This document shows positions 37,370 through 49,814 of a stretch of 64,000 nucleotides of DNA, piece by piece. Position numbers and translations under genes: made by a program. The notes under the pieces were generated by a model that was given only the letters and a program-made list of their open reading frames with translations, ran no database searches and was not told the origin of the DNA. Numbering within the stretch: position 1 is the stretch's first letter; each line of letters begins with the position of its first letter. The stretch covers positions 777,847 to 841,846 of the forward strand of contig NW_015174292.1 in NCBI RefSeq assembly GCF_001447785.1, written 5' to 3'. The stretch comes from Gekko japonicus. Its lineage: Eukaryota.

Positions 37370-37410
37370 NNNNNNNNNNNNNNNNNNNNNNNNNNNNNNN
37401 NNNNNNNNNN
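37370..37410. other. Assembly gap (41 N)
   Basis: Run of N in the sequence. Confidence 1.
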
Positions 37411-39495
37411 TATTTGCCATGGAAGGATTTCAGATAATTAGTCTTGGGAAAGACTCTTCTCTTCCTGAGAGCCTGGAGGCCTGCAGCTAATCAGAGCCAG
37501 CTAGTAGAACTAGAACTACAGTAGAACTAGATCGATTGGTGGTCTGACATAGCATACGTTAGCTTTATATTATGGCTACCAAGTTCCCAGAAAGCAGGAA
37601 AGCCCAGGATCCTATAAAAAGTGAGGAGAGAAACCCATCCCAAGCCAGCCCAGGTCGGGTTGCCAGCTCTGGGTTGGGGAATTCCTGAAGATTTTGAGGT
37701 TGGAATCTGGGGAGGATGGGATTTTGGGGAGGGGAGGGGCTTCAGCAGTAAATCACAACATAGAATCCACCTTCCAAAGCACCCACTTTCTCCGAGGTAA
37801 CTGACCTCTTGTCGCCTGGAGATCAGTTGAACTCTCAGGAGATCTCCAGGTACCATCTGGAAGTTGGCAACACAATGTCTAGAAGTAAGGAACTATGACA
37901 TCAGAAATATATTTGATTACCTTTTCAATCATTTTCTTGAACACAGCAGACTGAAAAATATGTTTCAGGCAAACTGATCCAGAATCTACTCTTTCAAACA
38001 ACTTCTAAGTTCCATTAGAATCAGCAAAAGAGAAAAATCCAAGCATATTTTGAAAAAAAATAATAAAATGGCCTGACATTCTGGCAAGCTCTATGATATC
38101 CTTTCAAGGTGGGATAACTAGAACCTTATTACACAGCATACAAATACATCTTAGGTTTATATATAGGCTTTACAAGGTGTCCTATTTAGTTTCAGTACCT
38201 TTCCTGGCAATTTCTTACAGAATTTCCCTCTATATGCTGGATTCATTGATGTTTTCAGTGAGTTATCCAGCATGAACCTAATAACTATCTGCTACTCAGA
38301 TTCCACCAAGCTGTAAGTGGATTTTTGTTGTTGTACCTGGTTACACATACACTTATATATACTGCATTACTTTATCCTTTTGGAAATGGAATAGGTTTTG
38401 GGGTGAGTAAGAGAATGGGAAGGAACACACAGGCCAAAGACCAACTCATGGCTTAAAAGCCCAGAAACAGACCACCTGAGCAAGCTATAGAATATTATGA
38501 TAGATGGCCCTCAGAACTGTCTCAGGTTCTTATTATCTATCTCCCAAATATTTCAAGGTACAAACCTATTAATCTAAATAGCCAGCAAGACATCCAAAGC
38601 ATTAAATGTTACGAATTTCTTTATGTCATTTTATTTAACATGGGGAAAAATTCTTGTGGCAGCAACAACTTAATTAATTATTTTAAAATATTTGTAGTTC
38701 ATGCTTTCTCTGTGAGGTTCTGGATAACAATCACCCATTAAAACAACATCTTTAAAATTACCATTTCAGACAATAACTTTCTAAACACTCCAAACACAAA
38801 AAAGTTAATAACATCCATTTAAACACTCATATTTATTCCATTCGAGAGTTAAAGTTTGGGAGAGGGGAAATAATAAGCACACCCTTGTAAGCAAAATTCC
38901 AATTTCACAACTGCATTAATTGCCCCAGATCCAGAGAAACAAAGAAAAACCACATAAAACAACAACTTCTTTAGATCAAAGACAGTTTATGTTGAAAGGT
39001 AAGATTCCCCACTACCACCTGTTCTGAGGCACGACATCATGAGAAACATAGTTGGCATGGCATGCTGTGTTTGTGCAATTAAATTACAGTTAAGTGTTCC
39101 AAATATAATAAACAGAAACACAGGAACAGATAAGTTATATTAGGAACAAAGTTTGGTCCTGATATTGTTTTCATGCTGGAGGAATGCCAAAGTTAACTGC
39201 CATAATTACAATTATCTCTGGATTATTATTATTTAATTAATAAGTCAGTCAGCCCTGCAGTTGTTGATAAAATTCTACATTAGTAACCACACAGCATTAC
39301 TATATCCGATCTCCCCTCTCCCCTGGATTAAGCTCTGGGTTACTGAATTACTCCATTATTCTAACTACTTTTGAGAAGATTTGCAGACGCTCACTCCTCT
39401 GAGACCACTTACTGGTACTAATACAATGTTTGGTGTATAAAATTGATATAAAATTACCCACAGAAACCACTAACTGTACAAATACTGGTATGCAG

Positions 39496-40302
39496 CAGGG
39501 GTCGTTTGGGGCCAGAGCGTGCCATAGCACCACTCCGGCAGCCCCACTGGTGGCAAGCCCCGCCCCCAGCTTCCCACCCCCAAGCTCCTTCAGTCTAGAG
39601 TCGCGCCGCAGCAGCCCCATAGAATACAATTGAAAGATCGCGCCACCACTGGAGTCGCGCCGCAGTGGTGGCACAATCTCACCATTCTATTCTATGACCC
39701 CATAGAACAGAATGGAGAGATCGCACTGCGTCTGCTGCACGACTCGCGAGAGAAGGGATTTAAACTTTAAACCCTTTCTCTTTTTGCTCCCCCCCCCCTC
39801 AGCCTGCCTTGGCAGGCCAGCTGGAGAAGCAAAAGGTGGGGGGATCTTCAAAAGCCTCCTCTTTCCTAGCCAGCGAAAAGAGAAGGGGTTTAAAGTTTAA
39901 ACCCCTTCTCTTTTCGCTGGCTAGGAAAGGGGAGGCTCTCTGGAGTTGCCATTCTATTCTATGGCCCCCTAGAATAGAATGGAGAGAGAAGGGGTTTAAA
40001 CTTTAAATCCCTTCTCTGTTTGTTCCTCCCCCCCCCAGCCCGCCTTGGCAGGTCAGCTGGGGAAGCAAAAAGGGGGGGGAATCTTCAAAAGCCTTCCCTT
40101 CCCCAGTCAGCCTGCCAAGGTGGGCGGGGAGGTGAAGGGGTTTAAAGCGCTGGAGAAGGGAAGGGGAGGCTTTTGCTTCTCCTTCTGAAATCACTTCTGG
40201 TGATGTCAGGGGGCGTGGCATGTGCTAATGAGCTATTATGCTAATAGCTTATTAGGTATGCTAATGAGCTCCTGAAGCTCTTTTTCTACGAAATTACCCC
40301 TG
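39496..40302 (+). mobile_element. hAT MITE (CAGGGGTCATTTC family), 807 bp
   Basis: TIRs caggggtcgttt / aaattacccctg, with a perfect 8-bp TSD GTATGCAG at 39488-39495 and 40303-40310. The last ~110 bp match 34040-34142. Confidence 0.95.
39853..39937. repeat. Near-perfect palindrome, 42-bp arms, 1-nt spacer
   Basis: agcctcctctttcctagccagcgaaaagagaaggggtttaaa-g-tttaaaccccttctcttttcgctggctaggaaaggggaggct, with one mismatch. Confidence 0.95.
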
Positions 40303-41966
40303 GTATGCAGTATAATGCATTCAAGTCACTTCTGTCATGGGGGGGGGGGAATGAGAAAATGTAGACTAAAGTCCTGATTTGATAGCCAAGGGGTACATGA
40401 TGGGGAACTTATGTATCAGCAATGCATCAAAGTATGGCATTCAATGGCATGTGCAGGTAACTTGTTTGAACAGAGTGGTGATAGGTGTGCAATGTATTTC
40501 CAAACACTGAAATGAATTAGAAAGCCTCTGCTCACACACAATTTTAATCACTAATGCTACTACTTATATGGATCTGCATGACATTGGTTTTTCAGAGACA
40601 CTGGCCACTTGTAACTTGTTGAAAGCAGAGCCCTTCTCAGAATATAGATTGGGACTGTATTAGATTTACTCAGTAGTGTGTATCCAAGAATTTAATCATT
40701 TCATTTCCCCGTACACTGATTCACAAGTTCTTTAAAGATGGAATGGACCAAGAGGTTATCAAGGCTAATTTATTGTTTTGAGAAGAAATATATCAAGCAG
40801 ATGTGTGAGAGACACCAGATTTTTTTTCCTGGAACACTGCCAATAAAGGAGGCGCCACAATCTACCCTAAGATATAAATTCACCATCTTGGCAGGTGCAA
40901 TGTTTTGACAAAGGTTAGAACTAAATCCATTTTTCTTGTTTGTTATATCCTTAATATATATGATGATAGATTGATTTCCCTTTGAATACCAATCAGTCTG
41001 TCAGTCTGTCACTCTGTGTCTTGAAATGTGGTTTCTAGAAAAGGGCAAGTCAAGTAAGTATGAATGGAAGCTGAGGCCTGAAAAAACTGAGTTAGGTCAT
41101 AATGGGAGGGCAGAGAAGGAAGACCCTGCCCTTTATTCTTTCTACCCCACTTAAACTCATTTTCCACAATGTATTCTCCCTATCTTCTCTTACTGCCTAA
41201 ATTCAAAACTACCAGTTTTCTTTCGTTGCTTTTTAAGTGGGTGTGTTATATCCTGTAGGCAATGGAGACCTTTACAATGATGATTTGACATATTAAAAAC
41301 CACGCTGGCAATGATAGAATTAACGATTCTATGAGTGCCATAAATGTTTGCTCAATTGCCATCCTCCAAAGTGGTCCTGGAGATCTCTTTACAGACTACA
41401 AAGGAGAAGAGCGACAAGTGAAGTGCCTCAGGGATCAGTCCTGGGACCTGTTTTTGTTCAACATCTTTATAAATTATTTGGATGAAGAAACAGAGGGAAT
41501 GCTTATTAAATTTGCAGATGATACTAAATTTGGATGGGTAGCAAAAATGGTAAAAGACAGAGTCAGGATGATCCCGACAGCCTGGAAAACTGGGCGAAAA
41601 CAAATAAAATGAATTTCAACAGGGATTAATGTAAAGTTCTGAATTTAGGTAGGAAAAATCAAATGCATAATTATGGGATGCAGGAGACTTGTCTTGGCAG
41701 TAATATGTGCAAAAAGGATCTAGGGGTCTTAGTACACCATATATTGAATATGAGTCAGCAGCTAAAAAGACAAATGTGATTTTGGGCTGTATCAACAGAA
41801 GTGTAGTGTCCAGATCACACGAAGTGATGGTATCATTTTACTCTACTCTGTTTAGACTGCACCTAGAGTATTGTGTTCAGTTTTGGGCACCACAATTTAA
41901 GAATGATATAGGCAAGCTGGAACATGTCCAGAGGAGGGCAACAAAGATGGTGAGGGGTCTGGAGAC

Positions 41967-42842
41967 TAGGGGTGTGCACCCAAAAAAAAAAATCAGAATT
42001 TTTCAGGTTTGGATCTACCAAGCTCGAAAAATTTCGGTATCTGCTGATATTCCCGAAACCAAATATCGGTAATGATACTAGGGTTTGGGAATTATCGGAC
42101 TAGGTGAAAATTTCGGCTCAATTATACCCTATGTCCCCATAGGGTATAATAATCCCCCACTTGAAGGGGGAGGGTTTCCTATCACTGAAGGGAACTGCCT
42201 TCCCTTCAATGAAGGGAGCATGCTGCCTCTGTGGCATGACTTGAGGTTTACATTTTAAATCCCCCCCGAGTCATGCTGCAGAGGCAGCATGCTCCCTTCA
42301 TTGAAGAGAAGGCAATTTGCCTTCCCTTCAGTGAAGGGAGCCCACTGCCCCCCAAGGTAGCCCCTCCTGCCTTCCCTGGCCCACATGCCAAAGCGGGTAA
42401 GCTGGGGAAGGCCTGGAGAGTGCCCCTGATCTTCCCTGGCCTGCCCGCCAAGGCAGGCAAGCTGGGGATGGCTCTGGAAGGAGTGGGGAGGCATTTAAAT
42501 GCCTCCCCGTGCCTTCCCCAGCCCACCTGCCAAAGTGGGAGAGCCGGGGAAGGCCTAGAGAGCAACCCCGGCTTTCCCTGGCCTTCTCACCAAGGTGGGC
42601 GGGCTGGGGAGGAACCGGGAAGGATCAGGGAGGCATTTAAATGCCTCCTCATGCCTTCCCCTCACCCAGCAAAGAGATTCCCTTAATGGATGCTGAATAT
42701 ATGGCATCCATTTGGGGGAATCCCTGTTCGGCCAGCCAAATCAGATTTGGGAATCTGATTTGACTTTAGGCAGACCCGAATAATGCCGAATTAGCATTAT
42801 TCATTTTCCCCCCGGTTTGCCCGAACCAAATGCACATCCCTA
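41967..42842. mobile_element. hAT non-autonomous element (TAGGGRTGTGCA TIR), 876 bp
   Basis: TIRs taggggtgtgca / tgcacatcccta, with a perfect 8-bp TSD CTGGAGAC at 41959-41966 and 42843-42850 and subterminal ccgaa/ttcgg repeats. Confidence 0.95.
42196..42314. repeat. Inverted repeat, 47-bp arms, ~25-nt loop
   Basis: tgccttcccttcaatgaagggagcatgctgcctctgtggcatgactt pairs with gagtcatgctgcagaggcagcatgctcccttcattgaagagaaggca, with about 4 mismatches. Confidence 0.9.
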
Positions 42843-43660
42843 CTGGAGACCAAGTCCTATGAGTAAAGGTTGAAGGAACTCAGTATGAATAGCCTGGAGC
42901 GGAGATGACTGATTGGTGATATAACTATCTTCAGGTACTTGAAGGGCTGTCATATAGAGGATGGTGTGGAATTGATTTCTGTTGCACCAGAAAGTTGGAC
43001 CAGAACCAATGGGTTGACATTAAATCAAAAGAGTTTTCAACTAAACATTAGGAAGAGCTTCCTGACAGTTAGAGTGGTTCCTTAGTGGAACAGGCTTCCT
43101 CAGGAGGTGGTAGGCTCTCCTGTGCTGATTCAGTGAACTTAGCCAGATCATAAGAGGGAGGACAGGGAGGGTTGCATCAAAGCTTTGGTCTCATGGCCCT
43201 TTCTTACATGCCCAGGGAAATGTCTATTGCCACTTTGGGGTCAGGAAGCAATTTTCTCCAGGCCAGTTTGGCCAGAAATCGTGGAGGGTTTTTGGCCATC
43301 TTCTGGGCATAGAGCAGGGGCCACTGGGGGTGTGTGGAGGGTAGTTGTGAATTTCCTGTATTGTGCAGGGGGCTGAACTAGATGACCCTGGATATCCCTT
43401 CCAACTCTATGATTCAATTACATCAGTTCCCCTGTAGAAATAGCTGCTTTGGGAGGTAGATTGTATGGCATTACACATTGCTGAGGTCCCTCCCCTCCCC
43501 AAGTCCCACCCTCTTCAAGCTCCACCCCATATTTCCAGGAATTTCCCAACCTGGAGCTGACAACCCCAAAATAATGCTTAAGATTGCCAATTCACAATAT
43601 TAAACCCACATTTCTAGTTTTTGTGGTATTTACACCTATTACAATCTTAGAAATGCTGTA

Positions 43661-45386
43661 TAAGAATGGGCATGAACTGCAAAACGAGCTCAATTTTTAC
43701 TCAAACTGGGCTGGTTCATGGTTCATTTTGACCTGGTTTGTTTGGTTCTGCCATTCCCAAACCAAAAACAAACCACCATTTTTTTCCATGGAGGTTCGGG
43801 TGGTTCGTTAGAGCAGTTCATTGGCCAGACAGCCTGGTGCCGATTCAATCAATTCCTAGGCAACGCTGGAGGTGGATTTATGGGGAGCCCTAGGAACACC
43901 CATAGTACTTGTCCATAGCTTGATTGGCAGCTCTGGCAGCCAACCATGGAGCACCCATTCTGCTCTATGGGAGCAGATTGTATATGTACACCACACCCTG
44001 ACTCAGCTGTTTTCACTTAGCAGCAGGAAGAGAGGAGTTAGTTGTTGAGTGAGAGAGAGTTAGGAAAAGAAGAATTGCTTGCTGCTGGCTGATTCAAGGG
44101 ACTTCTTTCCCCACACACACACAGTATGACAATTTTTAAAACTCCTCTCCAGGCTGCAAAGGTATTCCTTGGTGGTTTCAGGGACCTGAGCAACACACTT
44201 ACTAGCCTCTCTCTGCCAGTGCCATGTTGTTTGGGTGGGGGGAGCTCTTTTGGTTTTCTTTTCTTGTTTATTTAACAGAAAAACAACACCTCTTGCTGGG
44301 CTTTCCTTCACTTTTATTTATTAAAAAAACACCTCTTGTTCAGGAGGGCCCTGAGCTACCACTAGCCTCTCTCTGCCACTGCCTACTGGGGGGGGGACTC
44401 GCCCCCCCCCTTTAAAAACAACAACACTTCTTGTTGGAGTTTCCCCTCCATCACTCACCCCATTTGGAAGATGGATTGCTGCTTTTGGCTATGGCAGCCA
44501 TCTCCACCCTATCGGGGAGATGGATTCTGGTGGACTTCTGTCTCAAGCTCAAGGGCCAACACACCACACTCCACCTCTTGGGATACTCTAACCGACCCTC
44601 CATCCCATGTCTTCCTGCCGCAGCCTGGCAGAGGGACTCATATATCAGGTGTGGGGCTCCTCAGACAGAGGACCTGAGCCACCTTCCCCTCTTGGGGTAG
44701 TCTTGGCCTCTAGTCCACCAGTGCCTTCCTGCGACCACCAAGCAGAGAGACCCAGCCCCCCTCCTTGGGATATTTTGGGTCCTTGCCACTAGGCCATTCA
44801 GGTCCTCAGCTTCCCAACTCCTTCATACCGCTGACGCCTACATTCCCCCAGTCCTCCCAGCCAACTGTGGAACATGCACTTCACAGCAGACTTTGGACGT
44901 CCCACCATATAGATGTGCACATTGTTGGAAACTGGCCATCACCTGGCTGTTACAACTGACCATGGTTGCTGCCGGACCAATTCCTTGCCTAAGGAACTTT
45001 GGGAATGGTAGGGTGGAGGTTGAGTTGAAAGTGTCAAGGGGTGTGTGGGTGGTCTCAGGGCACTGAGCTGCACACCTGCGTCTTGGCCATGGGACAGTGT
45101 CCGTTGGGCTGTGGGAAAAGGGGCTATTTCTCTGGGAATGGTGGGGGCTGGAGGTGAAATTAGTAATGGGTTGGCTGCCACCAGGGGGAGGCAGGCAGTG
45201 GGCCACCTTCCTGGCATGAGGGGAGGGGTCAGCCATCATCTTCATGATGGGAGGGGGTAGGAAGGTTACTCCCCAGTCCCCAGTTGAACCAATTTGGCAA
45301 ACAGAAAAGTTTGTGAAAGTTCATGGTTCATGAAACCAATGAACCACAAACCACCATGAGCCACCACTTTTCCAGTTCCATCCCTA
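43661..45386 (+). mobile_element. hAT element (TAGGGATGGGCA family), long copy C with a possible decayed transposase interior
   Basis: Ends taagaatgggcatgaac / gttccatcccta, with a degenerate TSD ATGCTGTA / ATGCTCGA. Both arms are homologous to 20121-20813, but the ~1.2-kb interior is different. Confidence 0.75.
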
Positions 45387-48103
45387 ATGCTCGATATACT
45401 AACAAATGTGGCCTATCCAGTATTAGCCAAATAAGAAATATGGGTTGGATCCTGTGTCTTGCTCTGGGAGAAAAGGCATATTTATTTATTTAAATTATTT
45501 ATGTGCTCACCATAAATAATTTAAATTCCTGAGCATCCTATGACCCAAGGTGAGATCTACCAGGAGATGGCTCCAGTCATTATCTCTGCCATTAACTGAA
45601 CAGATTCTTAGTATAACCATTGATGCAATACACCATCATCCATTTACATATTCAGACATAGCCCACCAGAAAATAATAACTTTTTCAGTAATGCAAAACA
45701 AACAAAAAAGAAATACCTCATTCAACATAGAGGAGCAAAAGACTTTGCCTAAATTAAAACCAATTTTGACAGTCATATTAACCAACAGAACTGGGACTGA
45801 ATGTTCAGACTAAAGAAAATGAGTTGGCAAAAAAAACCAAGGAAATGTTACAATTTTTAGCTTTGAGCATCGTAGCACAAAATGCACAGAATCTGTGACT
45901 ATTTTCATGTCTAAATATTTATAACAAGGGTCAGAGGCTCCTTGTTAAATGTCAAAGCTGGTTATATTAAGCATTTCTTGACACAATCTATCCACACTGA
46001 GCACATGTTTTTAATGAATTATGCCTCTACCCCCACCCAAGGGTTTTGGCCTGGAGTCACCAGTCTGAAACAGAGAAGCTTGGACATCATTTCAGCTTCT
46101 TCCTTTTCTGAAGAGTTTGGAAGTTAGGTTTGTTTCTTAGGACTGTGGGCAGTTTATATAAACAAAATGTTGAAATGGTTGTGCTATTCTTGTATTTATT
46201 CTCCCAGTGGAAAAACTGTATATATGCACAGATGTACACAGTTCATTTAATGGTAGATTTCTGCAAGAGACATATAATTCTCCTGTGCGGTTGAAGATTC
46301 CTCCAGAAAAGGATGTAACAAAAATAAAAATGATAACATTCAGAAACCAGTGAAGGCGTATTTCACTCTTTCTGTTTCAGCCCTTAAAATCACTGAATAA
46401 AAATGTGTCAAAGGGAGATTCCAGTGTGGGAAGTGATCAGAAAATTTGGCTCTATGGAATTTGGATTTAGTAGGGACTAGCATGGATAATGCACTAAGAA
46501 AATAATTGTCCTTGTTTACAAGTTTGTTTATATTATTGATCTTGCTATTTCTGTTAATTATTGGTGGTCATTAGTTAAAAGCAGGTTGTATGATGCCCAT
46601 ACTGATTGAGTTCATTTGATGAGATCTTGTGTTCATTTATGCCTAGTATAAGCAGTATGACATAACTTTCTTTATAAAAGGTATTTCCCCCCTTTCTTCT
46701 CTTTGTTATCATAGTATCTATACATATCTTCTTAGGTGACCACCACACACATCTCTTGATCTGCAAAACCCTATATATTTGCTAATTTTATGACAACAAA
46801 TTGTTAGTATTTTGTTAGTATTTTTTTAATTGATAAGAGCAAAATATTTAGAAAACTAATATGCCACTATTGCTACTAGTATTTTTAGCCTGTCTTTCTC
46901 TCATTTCTATCTTCTGAAGAATAAATGGAAGATTTTTAAAGATTTTTTAAAAATATCCTGCCTTTCTTCCCAAATGGAGAACCAAAGCAGCTAACAACAA
47001 AATAAAGTAAAATAATACAAAAACAATCAAGCACAAGAAGGGAGGGTATGCTTCTAAATACTGCAGATTCTCCTCCCTCCCTGGTGTGTATTAAAAATCT
47101 TTTCGCCAGCTCTAGGCTATTACCCTCCAGGTGAGAGCCAGTGTGCAAGAGTCACGCCTCCAGCCATGGCCAGGCCTTGAGTATCTCCATAGGACAGAAA
47201 CACTCAGTCTGAATGTTATAAGCTGGAAACCAATTTCCCACATAGAACAACCCCATTAGAAATAGATGGTGTGTTCTCCAAAATAGCTGGATCGACTCTT
47301 AGACCCTCAGTAAAGTAATTTCAATATATCTTCTTTTCAATCTAGCACAATCAGAGGATACTTAATTCCAGAGACTGGACAAACTTAAATCCAGAGACTG
47401 GACAAGTGTGGACAAACAATGTACCATTTTTTCAGTCTTAAAAAACAAACACGGGCATTTTAAAAAAAGCATAATTATAAAGGAACGCCTGTTGCTTTAA
47501 GAAACAGATGCCCTCATAGGCCATTAATAGGCAACCATAACAGTTCTGTCAGGTCTAGGCTTGGTTTCTGTCAGTAAAAGGCAGAGGAGCGCCCTTTCCA
47601 GGGCTGTTTTAGCTAGGCCTGGCAACATTCACCTGGAAGCTTGCTGTTATGTGGCTTGAATGACTCACTCAGGCCTAGCTGCTTGCTACTGTCCAACAGC
47701 AGCAACCACACGAAAGCCTGTGTAGTGCAGTGGTTCAAGTTTCAGACCAGGAACTAAAAAATCCATTCTGCACTGGAAACTCACTGGGTGACCTTTGGTC
47801 AGTTGAACATTTTCAGCCTAACTTACCTCAAGGCAGGGGCAGATTGGCAATTAAGAGCACAGGACACCTCCCAGAGTGGGATGATGACTTCCCCCTACCT
47901 GGGCTGGGTCAGCCCTGTGACAGAAGGGCTGAGCCTGGCTTGCCCAAGCTCCACGAAATGCAGTGGAGGCAGTGCTTGCTCTGCGTGAGGCAAAGATGAG
48001 GGCAGATAAAAGGCTGATTAGTGGGTGGGAAGAAGAAAAGGAATCAAGAAAAACAGAGAAAATATGCAGGTTGCAAGGAAGAAGCAAAGAGGAAATAGTG
48101 TGG

Positions 48104-49608
48104 TGTTAGCCGAATTGCTTTATTTACAGCAATTGGCCATTTATAAATGGGTCCTTGCCAACTATACCAAGGTCCTGATCCCACCAAGGGTTACCAAAGA
48201 AGGATAACGAGGCTGTTGTTGTTAAAATAAATGTCTTTTACTTTTACTTAAAGAATAAATCTCATACAAACAATACTGATGCACTCACACATTCAATCAA
48301 GTACCTCAGAATTTCACATTACCCAGTTCCACCCGGTTTCAAGCCGGTAATGATCCGTTTTGAAGTGAACCGGTATAGGGCTGCCATTTCACACATTGCT
48401 TTCCCCTTCCAGTAAAGAGCTGGATCTGAAGCAGTTTGCCATTTCAGACTTCACCGCTTTTTCCCGCTTTCCCCCCGCCGTTTTTCACCCATGCGGGCGA
48501 TCTCCGGCTTTTTTTTAAAACGTTCGCTTTAGAGCGCTATAGCGCTATAGCAGTATAACAAAACACTCCATGCATTCCAATGGGGTTGATATAATGCTAT
48601 TCCATTATAACGTTATAGCACTATAACGCTATAAAGCAAACGTTTTTTAAAAAGCCGGAGATCGCCCACGCGGGTGAAAAATGGCGGGGAAACCACATCG
48701 GAACCGGGAGAGGAAACTGAGGAGTACTTGGAAGCGGTTGACAGGTAAAACACTTCAGCCCCATTTCCTAAACTGGACAGAAGCGATTGTGTATGAAATG
48801 ACAAATATATTCCAGAAGGGAAACGGTTCTGTCTGAAATGACAGACCAGAAACCGTTTGGGAACCGTTCCTCTTCCGGAATATATCGCCTGTCTGAAATT
48901 CCTCAGTATTAAAATAAGCACAGTTGCATTAGCAGGTGTGGGTGATGATGAGCAATACTTATCTGTCTTGCAGGTTGGATGTTCCAATGAAGAATGGATG
49001 GGAAGAAATAGAAACTAAAGGTAGTTCACACACGACCAGAGCCAGCCAGAATGTGTGGGTCTCTTGACTGCAGATCAAGAGATCAAAGTAGAGGCAAGGG
49101 TTTGGGGATAGCAAGTAGGACTTAAGAGAAGTAAAAAGCAGACAGGGGTTGTTGCGGGGGAGATGCTAGTTGATCAAGTAGGAGGGGCCAGGTGACTGGT
49201 CCTTTCCTTTTATAGGGGGTTCAAGAGATGGGTTGTGGCTGTGCCAACCTCCCGACCCACCTACCTGTTAGTCTGTCCCAAAAACAATCCTATTGGTTGC
49301 CTATAGGAGTGGGAGGTTACCTATAAGGAGTGGCCAATATTGTAATCTAATACCTTACTCAAGGAAGGGCATCTGGGCAGGTGTAAAAACCTTGGCGTTA
49401 GGATGCTCCATTGTAGTGTTGATGAAGCTGGACATTCTCATTGTGAACCAAATGTCCATTTGGCAGGAAATACCAATGCAGGAACAAAGCAGTGATGTGT
49501 CGTACATGACCACAAATAATTCAGCAATGGGGGCTTTCTCTGCTCAAGCTGTTGTTTCTTACTGCTCACAATAATGGAGGTTTGTGCTTTTTCACCAGGC
49601 TGGTAACT
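48104..49608 (-). mobile_element. Putative solo LTR interrupted by a MITE
   Basis: It begins tgttagcc and ends ggctggtaact, with flanks GTGTGG / GTGTAG (a possible 6-bp TSD). On the minus strand it has a TATA (cccctataaaag, ~49207-49218) with a CCAAT upstream at ~49292. Confidence 0.5.
48306..48905. mobile_element. CpG-rich MITE with a large internal fold-back
   Basis: Imperfect inverted ends gaatttcaca / tgtctgaaattc. Internal arms of ~80 bp at ~48474-48555 and ~48606-48689 are reverse complements. Confidence 0.75.
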
Positions 49609-49814
49609 GTGTAGCGGAAACCTTATTTACGTGTAAGGCTTGTGCAGGCACCTTCTATGTGTTACATCACAACAGGTGACTTAAAGTGTACGGTCCTCTG
49701 AGCCTATGTGTGTGTGTGCACAGTCCATTGTGTGTGTAGCAATAAATATAGTTCATAAAGCAAAAATATCAAGTTCATTCTCTAACAGTGGGGAATGGGA
49801 TACAGGGGGAAATG

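Larger units (their letters stand above)
41405..43415 (+). mobile_element. CR1 LINE 3' portion (RT C-terminus to 3' UTR), split by a hAT insertion
   Basis: It encodes VPQGSVLGP/LFNIFINYLDEETEGMLIKFADDTK and [43 protein letters not shown]. It resumes after 42850 and ends cttccaactctatgattc. Confidence 0.94.
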
